This document shows positions 1-10,900 of a DNA stretch of 64,000 nucleotides, in pieces. The stretch lies in the IMG/VR virus record IMGVR_UViG_2521172628_000001, positions 16,261 to 80,260 of that record. The stretch is one strand, 5' to 3'. Under the pieces are notes generated by a model, which saw nothing but the letters and a program-made list of their open reading frames with translations, was not told the DNA's origin and ran no database searches. This DNA comes from a virus. Taxonomy: Duplodnaviria > Caudoviricetes. Position numbers and translations under genes: made by a program. How positions within the stretch are numbered: the stretch's first letter is position 1; the number at the start of each line of letters is the position of its first letter.

Positions 1-57
1 CGTCGAGTACCGGGCCAACCCCGGGGACGCGTATGCGTGGGCTCAAGGGGTGCTGCG

Positions 58-477
58 GTGAGCATCGTCGAGTTCCTGCGGGCGCGGTACGCGGAGGCGC
101 GGCAGCGCGAGGAAAATCAGCGGCGTGTTCGCGGCGACTTCCCGTATGAGGTCAGCATCTGCAAGGAGTTCGACGAGGAGTTCATAGAGATCGGAGCGGG
201 CGGGTTCCGCATGGCGCCTGCCGAGTTCTGGGAGCGGTACGGGGAACCCGCAGTCGATCCTGCGGTGCTCGCCGATCTGGACGCCAAGCAGCAGTTGATC
301 AGTCAGATCTTCGCATACGAAGCGAAGATCGATGGCGAGTGGGGGTGTTGCCACAGCGCCGGGCAGATCGAGGCCGGGATGTGCGAAGGGACTCGGCCGG
401 ACGACATCCCCGCGCTGCGGCTCCTCGCGGTGTCGTTCGCCGCGCACCCGGACTACGACGAAAGGTGGCGGCCATGA
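58..477 (+). CDS. DUF6221-like phage protein
   Basis: N-term SIVEFLRARY and C-term LRLLAVSFAAHPDYDERWRP typical of DUF6221; GTG at 58 overlaps an upstream TGA. Confidence 0.7.
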   Translation: MSIVEFLRARYAEARQREENQRRVRGDFPYEVSICKEFDEEFIEIGAGGFRMAPAEFWERYGEPAVDPAVLADLDAKQQLISQIFAYEAKIDGEWGCCHSAGQIEAGMCEGTRPDDIPALRLLAVSFAAHPDYDERWRP

Positions 478-695
478 GCGGCCAGTGGCTGGCCCAGGAG
501 GTCAGCGACACCGCAGTCCACACCGTCCCTCTCGACGACGTCATCGTCCACGAGTTCACCCCCGACTGCCCCTGCGGGCCCCGCGCCCGGTGCATCCCGC
601 GCGAGGGGCGTCCGGACGGGTGGACGTACACCCATCACAGCGCGGACGGGCGCGAGTTCAACGAACCCGACTACCAAGGGGAGGGGCGACCATGA
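474..695 (+). CDS. Hypothetical protein, His/Cys-rich (HEFTPDCPCGP...YTHHSADGRE)
   Basis: ATGA overlap with both neighbours; GC3-rich codons. Confidence 0.7.
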   Translation: MSGQWLAQEVSDTAVHTVPLDDVIVHEFTPDCPCGPRARCIPREGRPDGWTYTHHSADGREFNEPDYQGEGRP

Positions 696-1321
696 CCGCC
701 TTCGGAGAGATCACCGTCGCGATCCCAGCGCACGTCGCCCGGGTGGCGAACGGCATGCTCGACCGCGCCGTCGCCTCCGTAAAGAACCAGCTGCTCCCGG
801 CCGCCGACATCAGCATCGCCATCGACGAACACGGCGACGGCGCGGCCATCACCCGACAGCGGGCCCTGGACGCGGTGAAGACAGAGTGGACCGCCTTCCT
901 CGACTCGGATGATTGGTTCTACCCCGAGCATCTGAAGGTGCTGGCCGCCGGGGCGCGCATCTTCAACGCCCAGTACGTCTTCAGCTATTACATGGTCCAC
1001 TTCCCCGACGGGAAGCCCTGGCCCGCCAACGACCCGCTCGGGCACTTCGGGAAGCAGTTCAACCCGCAGGCACCGCACCAGACGACGATCACCACGCTCG
1101 TGCGCACCGAACTCGCACAGAGCATCGGGTTCTTCGACCCGCCCGAAGGAGCTGAGATCGGCGGGCATCGGGGCGGCGAGGACTGGTTCTTCACCGTCGG
1201 CTGCGCACAAGCCGGAGCCAAGATGGTGCACGTCCCGAGGCGAACCTGGGCGTGGTGCCACCATGGCGCGAACAGCTCCGGGATCCCCGGGCGCGGCGAC
1301 GCAGCAGCGAGGCGGCCATGA
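692..1321 (+). CDS. Glycosyltransferase family 2
   Basis: ITVAIPAH start, AFLDSDD (DxD) motif, GGEDW motif; RBS GGAGG before ATG 692. Confidence 0.85.
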   Translation: MTAFGEITVAIPAHVARVANGMLDRAVASVKNQLLPAADISIAIDEHGDGAAITRQRALDAVKTEWTAFLDSDDWFYPEHLKVLAAGARIFNAQYVFSYYMVHFPDGKPWPANDPLGHFGKQFNPQAPHQTTITTLVRTELAQSIGFFDPPEGAEIGGHRGGEDWFFTVGCAQAGAKMVHVPRRTWAWCHHGANSSGIPGRGDAAARRP

Positions 1322-1527
1322 ACGGCCCGCAGTGCTTCAGCGAGGCCGAGCGCCTACTCGCAGCCGCCAACGAGTACGAAGCCGAAGGCGACCTGGAGAT
1401 GGCAGGCCAGCGCCGCTCCGAAGCGCAGACGCGCGCCCTGCTCGCCCTGACAGCCAGCCACGCCGCCAGCACTCACCCGCAGAGCACCAGTTGGGACCAC
1501 GCCATCAACGGACAGGAGCAGCCGTGA
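1318..1527 (+). CDS. Hypothetical phage protein
   Basis: ATGA coupling; MNGPQCFSEAERLL...AQTRALLAL resembles 57995..58237. Confidence 0.7.
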   Translation: MNGPQCFSEAERLLAAANEYEAEGDLEMAGQRRSEAQTRALLALTASHAASTHPQSTSWDHAINGQEQP

Positions 1528-1763
1528 GGAGCCGCGACCAACTGCTCGGCACGCTGGTGCAACTCCACGACTGGCACCCGAACGAGGCCAACGAACTCAT
1601 CGACAACTTCGCCCGCGAACTCGCCGAGCAGCAGCGCAAGGCCATCGAAGGCTTCGACCGCGACGACCACTGGGGCACCCTCTACCGCCCCGAAGACGTC
1701 GAAGGACTCCCCAACCTCATCGACCCCCAGGTCCAGCACGCCAGCAAGGAGACCCAGCCGTGA
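1524..1763 (+). CDS. Hypothetical phage protein
   Basis: GTGA coupling, AGGAG RBS. Confidence 0.65.
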   Translation: MRSRDQLLGTLVQLHDWHPNEANELIDNFARELAEQQRKAIEGFDRDDHWGTLYRPEDVEGLPNLIDPQVQHASKETQP

Positions 1764-1993
1764 CCCAGCGGATCAGCATGGAAGCCGCCTTCCCCACCTT
1801 CCAGAAGAAGACCACCGAACTCTTCGAGGCCAACATGCTCCTCCAAGCCCAAGTCGACGTCCAAGCCCGCGAACTCGCCGCGCTCCGCGAGGAGAACGAA
1901 CGCCTCAAGAACGGCGAGCCCGCGCCTGAGGCGCCGGCGGGCCCAGACCTTGCCGCGCAGCCCCCGTACCCGCCGGCGGAGGACCGCGGTTAG
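1760..1993 (+). CDS. Small coiled-coil protein
   Basis: AAGGAG RBS; heptad-like ARELAALREENERLK. Confidence 0.7.
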   Translation: MTQRISMEAAFPTFQKKTTELFEANMLLQAQVDVQARELAALREENERLKNGEPAPEAPAGPDLAAQPPYPPAEDRG

Positions 1994-2895
1994 GCGACCC
2001 GTTCGCCGGCGAACCCCCGGCACGTGATCGTGTTCGACGACGAGGCTGCGGACCAGGTTGCGCACAGCACCATGTCGTTGGCGACCGTCGTATCCCGGGT
2101 GACGGGGGCTGCGGTGATCGGCCCGACCGGCGTGTAGGTGGTCACCGAGGTCAGGAAGTTGTGGGTGTAGCGCGCCATCGGCGCCCATGTGCCGGATGCG
2201 CCGGTGGTGGCGCAGGCGAGGTAGAACTCGGCCTCCCAGTACCCGTCCGTCGCACCGGAGCGCACGGTGACCGCGGGGAAGGTGACCATCGTTGCGCCGC
2301 CGGTTCCGCCGAGCTTGCACACGAAGGTGATCGTCGGCGTGCCCGTCACCCCGAGCGTGCCCCACGCCTTGATCCGGTACACGGCGCCCGCCACCGCATC
2401 GTTCGCGGGGACGGTGTAGGTGGCGATCGCGGTCTGGGTGACCGTGTTGGCGACGGTGGTTGCGGCGGAGAGGCCGGGCCGGTAGGTGGCGGAGCCGATG
2501 GTGAGGTTGCCGTCGACGATCAGGCTGTCGTTGGTGCGCATGACGTTGGCGGCGTTGCGGAACAGGTTGCAGTCGGCGCCGATGACGAGCTGGGCGCTGG
2601 AGGCGAGTTTCAGGTTGGAGCCGAAGGTGCTGCTGCTGTTGGGGATCTCGACCCAGGAGGCGCTGGCGGGTGCGGTGCCGTTGGAGAAGTAGGTGGAGTA
2701 CTGGGTGTCGGACTGCGCGATCGGCTTGCCCGAGTACGGGCTGCTGGGCCGGGTCGACGAGGTGACGACCTGGAAGCCCGCCGCGGCGTCGACCTTGTCC
2801 CAGTTCTGGCCCAGATCCTGCGTGTAGGAGACGAGTTCGGACCCGTCGCTCTTCGACTTGTAGAGCGCGAGCCGAGTGGTGGACGGGTCAGGCAC
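1990..2895 (-). CDS. Putative tail fibre / receptor-binding protein
   Basis: Last gene of tail operon; starts VPDPSTTRLALYK; T/S/G/A-rich beta-type sequence; GGAGG RBS. Confidence 0.7.
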   Translation of the reverse strand: MPDPSTTRLALYKSKSDGSELVSYTQDLGQNWDKVDAAAGFQVVTSSTRPSSPYSGKPIAQSDTQYSTYFSNGTAPASASWVEIPNSSSTFGSNLKLASSAQLVIGADCNLFRNAANVMRTNDSLIVDGNLTIGSATYRPGLSAATTVANTVTQTAIATYTVPANDAVAGAVYRIKAWGTLGVTGTPTITFVCKLGGTGGATMVTFPAVTVRSGATDGYWEAEFYLACATTGASGTWAPMARYTHNFLTSVTTYTPVGPITAAPVTRDTTVANDMVLCATWSAASSSNTITCRGFAGERVA

Positions 2896-3439
2896 GGGGA
2901 ACCTCCAGCAGAGACGACGGGGACGGAAGACGCACGGGCAGGCCCCCGTACACGAGCTGCCACCGGTGCATGTCAACGGCCTCACGCTTGGCCCGTAGCC
3001 CGGCCGTGGTGATGCCGTGGGCGGCGCGGATCGCGTCGAGCGGGTTCTTGCCCTTCGCGGGCGCCTGGACGACGGCACGCACCTTCTTGGCGTCGGCGAT
3101 CCGCAGCCGGTGCGCGGCGAGCGCGTCAGTGGAGCTCGCCGCGTTGAACAGGGTGATCGGTTCGGCGTCCGGCCGATTCGAAGTGACCAGCCCGGCACGG
3201 GCGGCGGCGTCATCTTTGTCGGGCTCGTCGGGCAGGTGAGGCTCGTGCAGCACGATGTCGAGGATCTCGTCCACATCTGACAGCCCGTATTCGGCAGCCC
3301 GCCACTCCAGGGTTTCCTTCGGGAAAACGTAGCTACCGCCAGCGCCGTCCTGGTCGACGTGGTGGACGACCCAGCGGGGTGCGCCCCGGGTGAGGCGTTC
3401 GCCGACCGCGTCGACGGTGAGGATGCGGGGGTCAGACAC
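2888..3439 (-). CDS. Hypothetical tail-module protein
   Basis: VSDPRILTVDAVG...; overlaps both neighbours. Confidence 0.7.
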   Translation of the reverse strand: MSDPRILTVDAVGERLTRGAPRWVVHHVDQDGAGGSYVFPKETLEWRAAEYGLSDVDEILDIVLHEPHLPDEPDKDDAAARAGLVTSNRPDAEPITLFNAASSTDALAAHRLRIADAKKVRAVVQAPAKGKNPLDAIRAAHGITTAGLRAKREAVDMHRWQLVYGGLPVRLPSPSSLLEVPRA

Positions 3440-6290
3440 GGTAGCTCCAGACGCTGATGGACGGCGAACCGGACGACGTCCCGAACGTGACGGTGAAACC
3501 GGTCGTGCTCGATGCCGTGACCTGCCAGGTCCGCAGGGTGGGGTGCCGGAGGGTGACGAGGGGGACCATGGTGGAGGCCATGGTTGGCCCGTAGCCGAGG
3601 CCGAGGGAGGTGTCGCCTGCGGTGAAGACGGGTTCGTCGGCGGTGAAGATGCCGTCGGTCGCTCCTGCTGCGACGTAGTCGGCCCATTTGCCGACGTGCC
3701 GGGTGCGGCCTGTGGTGAGCTCCAGGTACTGGCCAGTGGCGTCGTCCGGGTTCCAGGCGAATCGGCCGCGGTTGGCGTCGGCGTACATGAGGCCGCCATC
3801 GACGCCGCCGGAAATGAAGCCCGTGTAGTAGGCGGTACCCATGGCCAGTACGTATCCGCCACGCCTGTCCTGGGTGTCTGCTCGGACGACGGCGAACTGA
3901 GCGCCAGCGGTGCTGAGGTAGGCGCGGGAGGTGACCTGTGTGCCGGTGCCGTCGTCATACGGTGAGCTGTTCATGCCGAGGTTGATGTCGGTGCCGGTGC
4001 TGAAGGCGTTGATGTAGCCGTAGTCGGTGCCGGTGTTGGCGTACCAGCGGATCTCGGGCAGGAGGGCGCCGGTGGGGTTGATCTCGATGCGCTTGCCTGC
4101 TGTGCCGGATTTGAGCTGGCCGACGATGCTGACGGAGCCGTCGGCGCCCGCGATCGCGACGGTTTGTGTGCCTGCCGCGTTCCAGGCGCCGATGCCGCCC
4201 GAGTTGAGTTCGACGCGGGCGCCGGTGTCGGCGGTCTTGATGCGGGCGCCGACGATCCAGTCGGCGTTGATCTGCCCGGCGGTGACCTTGGAGACGGTCA
4301 GGTCGGAGATGTGGGCGTCGTCGATCAGGAGGGCGGTCGCGGACGCCGCGTCACTGGGCCCGCTCTTGTTGCCGGTCTTGTCGACCGCCACCACCCGCAC
4401 ATATCGGGCGCTGGTCTCCTCGATCTGTGCGGTGAACACGACGGGGATCTGTGCCTGGATCATCCCCGCGTTGGCGACCGCCTTGCCCTTCAGGGTGGTC
4501 GCATCCGGGGTGAAGCCGGGCTCGTAGGAGACGTGGATCTCCAGGTGATCCAGGTCGGATTCAAGGTTGAACGTCCCACCCGAGCTCTTGCCGAGCTGAT
4601 GCGTCACCTGCACCGCGATCCGCGACCCGGCCACGCTCGGAGCGGCAGGAGTCGACGGGGCGATGTTGTCCGACGACGCCGTGAACGTCGTCACCGACGA
4701 CCAGTCCCCGGTGTTGCCGGTCTTGTCGACCGCCCGGATCTGAATGTCGTAGCCGACCCCGGGTGACAGGTCTTGCAGCTGAGCCGAGGTCTCACCCCAG
4801 GCGACGTACATGACCTGCCACTTGCCGGTCGGTGCAGCGAACGGCTGCGCCCACGTCTGCAAGTCCTGCCAGCGCACCTGACTGACTTGCGACCAGGTCG
4901 CCGGATAGATCATGTCGGTGTCGACGGCGTACCGGATCTCGTAGTGATCCCCGTCCAGGACCGTGCTGCCGTCGACGTTGTTCGGTGCGTTCCAGGAGAC
5001 CACGACCCGGGAGCGGGTCAGGCCGCGGCCGTCGAGGTAGGCGACCCCGGTGAACGGCGTGACGAACACCGGCTGCCCAGGCACGGAGGTGTCGGCGTTC
5101 GGCCGCGATCCGACCGGCTCCATGCTGCTGTTGGTGAGCTGGCGGGAGAAGTCCCCCACCGTCACCGTCGACGTGGCGTCAGTCTCGAACTCGACGAACT
5201 GCGTCAGGTCAATCCACGCCCCGGCCGCGGTGCGGTAGGCGACCGTGTGCTGCTCGGTGATGGCCCACTGGGTTTCCGTGACCTGGAGTTTGATCGGGTT
5301 GATGCGCTGGCCCCGGAACGTGATCTCCGTCGACGTGTCGATCAGCCCACTGTCCGGGTCGTACACCCACACCCGGTCCCCGACCACGAAGCTGCCGTGC
5401 ACGTCGTAGTCCGCGGTGGACAGCTGGAGCGCGTTGCGGGTCGACGTGAACTGGCTGAGCGCCAGCTGGGCACGCACCGCGGCGTTCGCCGTCGCCGTAT
5501 CCGACTCCGACACAAGCCGGGTCAGCTTCAGCAGGTTCCCGTGGATGTCCTTGAAGCCGGTCGCCGGCGAGATGTCCGCCGCCCCGGTCGCGATGCTCGT
5601 GCCGTCGCCCTCCGCGAGGAGCACCACCCGCGTGCTGTAGTCCTCCATATCCCGCGTCACATCCACCGACCCCGGCAAAGCGCGCAGGCTCATGTCCTCG
5701 CCGGCATCCCGGGTCGTGATCACGCAGGTCGGCGTGGTGACGAACAGGCTGGAGTCGGGGCCCGCGTCCAAGGTGCCGTTGCCGTTGACCCGCCACGACA
5801 CGGGCACGCTGGCGGTGGACATGGTGTCGCAGACGTAGCCGATCGCCGCCCGTGGGGACTCGTACTGGTGGTGGCCGGTGTAGGTGCCGGTGACGGAGTA
5901 CAGGGTGCCTGCGGTGACGGCGCCGGAGGCGGGCAGGAGCATGGTGATGGCGGTGGCGAACGAGGCGCTGGCGGGTTCGACGGCGTTTTCGTAGACGGAG
6001 CCTTTGCCGTCTTCGTCGCCAAGCCAGAATGCCATGCCGACGCCGCCGATGGACAGGTCGTCGGCGGGGGTGCTGGTGCGGCCGTCGTCGCCGATGGTGC
6101 GGGTACGCAGGACGCCGACGTAGCGGGCGGTGGTGAGGAGGTTGTCGCCGTACTGCAGCGGGTCCAACCGGCCGGGGATGATCGCGACATGCCCGAAGAA
6201 ATCGAGGGCGTCGAGGACGTCGCGGGGCGTATTCGGGAGGAGTTTGACCTCCCACGAACCGAGACTCTTCAGGACCTCTGAGACGCTCAC
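3432..6290 (-). CDS. Large minor tail protein (Tal/central fibre-like) with fibronectin type III repeats
   Basis: 952 aa after Dit-like gene; FN3-like LQDLSPGVGYDIQIRAVDKTGN and YVRVVAVDKTGNKSGPS. Confidence 0.8.
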   Translation of the reverse strand: MSVSEVLKSLGSWEVKLLPNTPRDVLDALDFFGHVAIIPGRLDPLQYGDNLLTTARYVGVLRTRTIGDDGRTSTPADDLSIGGVGMAFWLGDEDGKGSVYENAVEPASASFATAITMLLPASGAVTAGTLYSVTGTYTGHHQYESPRAAIGYVCDTMSTASVPVSWRVNGNGTLDAGPDSSLFVTTPTCVITTRDAGEDMSLRALPGSVDVTRDMEDYSTRVVLLAEGDGTSIATGAADISPATGFKDIHGNLLKLTRLVSESDTATANAAVRAQLALSQFTSTRNALQLSTADYDVHGSFVVGDRVWVYDPDSGLIDTSTEITFRGQRINPIKLQVTETQWAITEQHTVAYRTAAGAWIDLTQFVEFETDATSTVTVGDFSRQLTNSSMEPVGSRPNADTSVPGQPVFVTPFTGVAYLDGRGLTRSRVVVSWNAPNNVDGSTVLDGDHYEIRYAVDTDMIYPATWSQVSQVRWQDLQTWAQPFAAPTGKWQVMYVAWGETSAQLQDLSPGVGYDIQIRAVDKTGNTGDWSSVTTFTASSDNIAPSTPAAPSVAGSRIAVQVTHQLGKSSGGTFNLESDLDHLEIHVSYEPGFTPDATTLKGKAVANAGMIQAQIPVVFTAQIEETSARYVRVVAVDKTGNKSGPSDAASATALLIDDAHISDLTVSKVTAGQINADWIVGARIKTADTGARVELNSGGIGAWNAAGTQTVAIAGADGSVSIVGQLKSGTAGKRIEINPTGALLPEIRWYANTGTDYGYINAFSTGTDINLGMNSSPYDDGTGTQVTSRAYLSTAGAQFAVVRADTQDRRGGYVLAMGTAYYTGFISGGVDGGLMYADANRGRFAWNPDDATGQYLELTTGRTRHVGKWADYVAAGATDGIFTADEPVFTAGDTSLGLGYGPTMASTMVPLVTLRHPTLRTWQVTASSTTGFTVTFGTSSGSPSISVWSYRV

Positions 6291-6294
6291 CCGG

Positions 6295-7941
6295 TCACCT
6301 CCTCACGCCGTAGACGGCTTCCGGCATCGCAGCCGCGTACTGGTTCCGCAGGTCCAACGCCGTGTCCCCGGATGGTGTGGCGGCGCGCATCCTGATGTCG
6401 TCGCCGTACAGCAGCACGCCGGCGCCCGGGCTGCCGCCGATGACGAAGTGGACCCCGCCGTAGGCGGCGTTGGCAGGTGCGGTGAAGGTTGCGTCCATGA
6501 AGAACCAGGCGCCCGAAGCGGGCGTGACCGAGTTCGTGGACGTGGTCAGATATGCCTGGGACACGTCGTACCAGTTGATGTTGATGCCGGTGCCGGACGG
6601 GATCGGGGCGGGCGCGTACAACCAGCCCGACGCCCGATAGGACAGCCCGGCCACCGCCGCCGCCTTCCCGGCCTCCGCGCGGGGCGACGAGCCCGCCGTC
6701 GAGGTGAGCAGCCCTGACCAGCCGCCGTACTTGGATTGGACGCTGGAGCGGGTCAGGGTGGCGTTGACGGGCGTCCAGTCGGAGGTGTCGGTGTCGAAGG
6801 TGGGGTTGGCGTTGAGGGTGGGCTGGGAGGCGACGGCGCCGATGAAGAAGTCCATCGCCGTGGCCGCGGCCTTGGTGATGCCGCCGTTCGCGTGCGCGGT
6901 GAACGATCTCGCGGAACCGATCACGAAGACGTTGCCGTCGGAGTCGTCGGCGGTCGCCGTGATGTACCCGGACGCCGCAGCCGACGTGTTGGTCTCCAGC
7001 GTGCTGCGGTAGGCGGCCAGGGTTGCTGCCGTGCCGGTCTGGAGGTAGCCCTCGACGAAGCGGGAGCCGCGGCGGAGGGTGAGGTCGAGGGTGGCCCGGC
7101 CCGGCGACAGGCTCTTGGTGAGGCGGAGGATGACCATCTCGGGGTCGTTGCGCAGCAGCGTCGCCCCGTCCCACGAGGAGATGGGCGCACCGGACCCGGC
7201 GACGCTGACGTTCCATAGCTTCGACCGGTAGGCGCCGCCCGCATAGGTCTGCACGTCCAGGGACGCGGACGCCGACGTGGTCACGTTCACGAATCCGTTC
7301 GACAGTGACCAGCCGGTTGCCGCGAGCGGCACGTCCGCCCCGTACACCTCCTGCCCGCCCGTCGTCGTCGCCTTCACCCGGCCCGTCAGATACGACGTGG
7401 GCAGACACCCCCACCGCGGGGAGGTGTTGGCCGGCACGCTGCGGTAGACGGTCATGGCTCCGTCGGCGCCGGTGCGGGTCATGGTGGTGGGGTTCGAGCT
7501 GCCGGTGTAGTAGCCGTAGTGGCCGATCGGCGGGGCGTGCCAGCGTTCCCCGGTGAGGGAGAAGTCGTTCAGCCGGACGGCGCCGGTGAGGCGGGACTGG
7601 AGGTCGGTTTCGGCGTCGGAGCCGATCCGGTCGAGGGAGACCTTCCAGTCGGCGGTGACCATGCTGTTCAGGTACTCGGTGTACGTGCTGCCCGAGGACT
7701 TGACCATGTAGTAGCCGTTGCGTTCCGGCTTGTCGGTGAACGTGACGGGGATGCACTGTCCGACGGTCAGGGCGTTGATGCCGTCGTGCCGGGCGACGAC
7801 CTGCGCGCGGGTCAGGGGCGGGTAGGACTCCTGCCCTTCGAGGTCGAGGGTCCGGCCGTCGCCGCCAGACTCGGTGACGGTGAACGTCTCCCGCAGCGGG
7901 ATGCGTCCGAGCTGGACGTCGCCCCATCCGTACAGCGCCAT
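6295..7941 (-). CDS. Distal tail (Dit-like) protein with inserted carbohydrate-binding module
   Basis: Directly after TMP; C-terminal NANPTFDTDTSDW...YGDDI resembles CBM4/9-type modules. Confidence 0.65.
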   Translation of the reverse strand: MALYGWGDVQLGRIPLRETFTVTESGGDGRTLDLEGQESYPPLTRAQVVARHDGINALTVGQCIPVTFTDKPERNGYYMVKSSGSTYTEYLNSMVTADWKVSLDRIGSDAETDLQSRLTGAVRLNDFSLTGERWHAPPIGHYGYYTGSSNPTTMTRTGADGAMTVYRSVPANTSPRWGCLPTSYLTGRVKATTTGGQEVYGADVPLAATGWSLSNGFVNVTTSASASLDVQTYAGGAYRSKLWNVSVAGSGAPISSWDGATLLRNDPEMVILRLTKSLSPGRATLDLTLRRGSRFVEGYLQTGTAATLAAYRSTLETNTSAAASGYITATADDSDGNVFVIGSARSFTAHANGGITKAAATAMDFFIGAVASQPTLNANPTFDTDTSDWTPVNATLTRSSVQSKYGGWSGLLTSTAGSSPRAEAGKAAAVAGLSYRASGWLYAPAPIPSGTGININWYDVSQAYLTTSTNSVTPASGAWFFMDATFTAPANAAYGGVHFVIGGSPGAGVLLYGDDIRMRAATPSGDTALDLRNQYAAAMPEAVYGVRR

Positions 7942-10900
7942 CAGGCCCGCTCCTTGTCGAACTTACGGATGGCTTCCTTGGTGTAGGCAGCCATGTCGTT
8001 CGCGAACCGCCTCGCCTCGGCCGGGGTCGGCATGGTGAGGCTCTTCACGGTCATGTTCACCGTCACGCTCATGCCGCCGCCTGCCCCATTGGTGACGAGC
8101 TGCTCGAACAGCGCGGTCTGCTGCGGGTCGAGGATTCGTTCCGGGCGCCCGGTCTTGTTGACGGCCATCGTCGCGCCGGGCTGGAGGAGCCCGCCGTTGT
8201 CGTACTTCGCGGCGGGTGCGAAGCCCCAGCGGCTGGTGAACATGGGGTCGTTGTAGCCGCGCGCCGTCTTGCCGTAGTGGACGCCGCGACCGCCGGACGA
8301 CTCGAAGTTCACGCCGGCGAGGGTGCCCGCGGTGTGACCGACGCCCGCATTCGTGATGCCGATCATGAACGGGGAGTTGAGGTTGCGGACCCATCCGGAC
8401 GGGCCGGGCGGGAACGAGCCCGTTGCCCACCGGCGGTGCGGGCGCTCCCCGCGGATGACGGACTCGATGGCGGACATGAACCCCGAGCAGTCCCACGACG
8501 GGTTGCCGTTGCCCGCCCACTGGTAGGGCAGGCCGGACTGCGACTTCGCCCACGACAGGGCTTTCTGGACGGCGGGTCCGCCGACGGCCTTCTTGTCCTC
8601 GCTGGTGAACCAGCTCATCATCCCGTCCACTGCGCGGTTCGACAGGCCCTTCAGGAGGCCGCCGATGCCCGCGTTCCCGCCGGGGATCTGAGCGATGAGC
8701 GGCCGCACCAGCGCGGACAGCGCCTTCTGCGCGGCAGCCTTCAGGCCGCCGACGACGACATCCTTCGCCCAGGAGGCGACCGATCCGACGGCGCCGCCGA
8801 TCGCGCCGGTGACCTTGCCGACGATGCCGCCCTCGGCGTAGTGCTGGGTGGGGCCCTGGTAGCGGGTCTTCTCTTCCTGCCTCGACGGATTCCCGCCGGT
8901 CTTGGTGGGACGATCCTGACCGAGCATGGCGTCGATCGCGCGATGGCCGCCGAGGCGGTCGACCTGCGGGTTGGACAGGATCCGCTCGCCGGGTTCGAGC
9001 ATGGCGGGGACCTTGTCGCCCTTGCCGCTGCCGGGGACGACACCGCCCTTCTGGAAGCCGAGGCTGATGGTGGGCAGCGAGATCTTGCTGTTGATCTTTC
9101 CGGCGATGGAGTTCCACATCTTGCGGAGCCCGTTGTTGTAGACGTGCGAGACGACCCACTTCACCGGGGCGGCGAACTTGGACTGGATCCCAGCCCACAG
9201 GGTGCCGACGCCGTCCCGGAGCGCCTTCACGCTGTTCAGCATCGACGTCTTGAAGTCGCTGATCTTCCCGCGCAGCGTGGTGAAGATGCTCGTGGTCTTC
9301 GACACGGCGGTGTTCCACAGGCTGTTCCACGTGTTCGTGAACGACGTCTTCAGCCCGGTCACCCAGTTCAGGACCGACGTCTTCGCGTTGCCGAGTGCCG
9401 TCCGTAGCCCGTTCCAGAACGAGGACCACCGGTCCGTGACGGCCTTCCATAGGGCGTTCCAGCGGTCGATGACGCCCTGCTTCAGCTGGTTGAAGATTTC
9501 CTTCGTCTTTGTCCACAGGCTCGTGAACCACGAGATGATCGCCTTCACCAGATCCGGGATGATCGAATGCCCGACCAGCACGTCATACAGGTGCTGGAAC
9601 TGGTCGACGATCCACTTGACCACGCCCGTCACGGTGTCCATGAACTTCGTCAGCCACCCGATCACCGTCGTGATCACGGGTACCAGAATCCCGACCGCGC
9701 CCGCCAGCGTGCCCGCCATCATCGACGCCAGCTGGGCGATCAACGGCAGCAGCGGAGCGATCACCTGCAGCGCCAGGTTCAGCAGCGACACCGTCAGCTC
9801 TGCCAAAGCCGGCAGCAGCGGTATCAGGGCGGTGGTGATCGGCACCATCGCCGGCGTCAACTGGGCAATGAACTGGCCCAGCACCTGCACGATCGGTACC
9901 AGCGCGCCCACTACCGGCTTCAGTCCCTGGGCCAGAGCCGCCACCACGGGCACCAGTGCCGCGCCGACGGCCGAGATGACCGGAGCGAGCGCCGTGACGA
10001 TCGCGCCAAGGACGTCACCGATCGGCTTCAAAAGTGGCATCACAGCCCGGACCAGGCCGACGAGGATGTCGCCGATGTCCGACAGTACGGGCAGCAGCGC
10101 ATCCATGATCGGCATCAGTGCTTCGCCGAGAGCTCGCGCCAGATCGGCCAGCACCGGCCCGAACTTCGTTGCCAGTTCGGTGACCACGGGGGCGAGCGCG
10201 GACAGCAGCGGCAGCGCCGCTTGAATCACCGCACCAAGGGTGCCCGCGACGAGCTTGGCGATCGCGTTGACCGCGGTGAAGATGCTCGTCAGGGCTTGCT
10301 GGACATCCGGCATCGCGGTGATGCGGCGCAGCTCCGCGAACACCGAGCCGAGCGCGCCCAGTGCGTCTCCTCCGCCGGCCGCCGCGGCCTTCATGACGTT
10401 GTTGAGCGTGCCGAAGATGTCGCCGAGCAGGTCACCGAACTGTTTGGCGACGTCGATCGCCCCGTTGATCGATTCGGTGAGGCTCCCCGACGCCAGCCCC
10501 TGTGAGAGCTTTTGAGAGATCCGGTCCGCGGCACCTGCGGCGGCCTGCGTGATGCGGTCGAACGCGGGCGCCGCTGCGATGGACAGCTGGGTGAGCCCGG
10601 TGAGGAACTGGGCGGGCACCCGGTTGAGGTTGCCGAACCCGGCGTTGACGCCGTCGAACATCTGCCGGAGCTGACCGGTCTTCGACAGCTCGATGATCGC
10701 GGTGGCCGCGTTCTTGGCCATGCGGTTGAGGGTGTCGGCCATGCCGCCGAGGCCGCCCCGCAGCGGGGGGATGACGGCGGTGGACAGCTGCGTGAACGTC
10801 TGCCCGAGCCCAGCCATGAGCCGGTCCTGCACGTCGAGCTTCAGCCCGCGCCAGGCGGCGCCCTGGGCGATGACCGCGCCCACGAACTCCCGGGCGTTCG

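Noticed and set aside
1-61. 3-prime end of an upstream gene (..VEYRANPGDAYAWAQGVLR-stop)
   Set aside because: Truncated by the window edge; no function assignable
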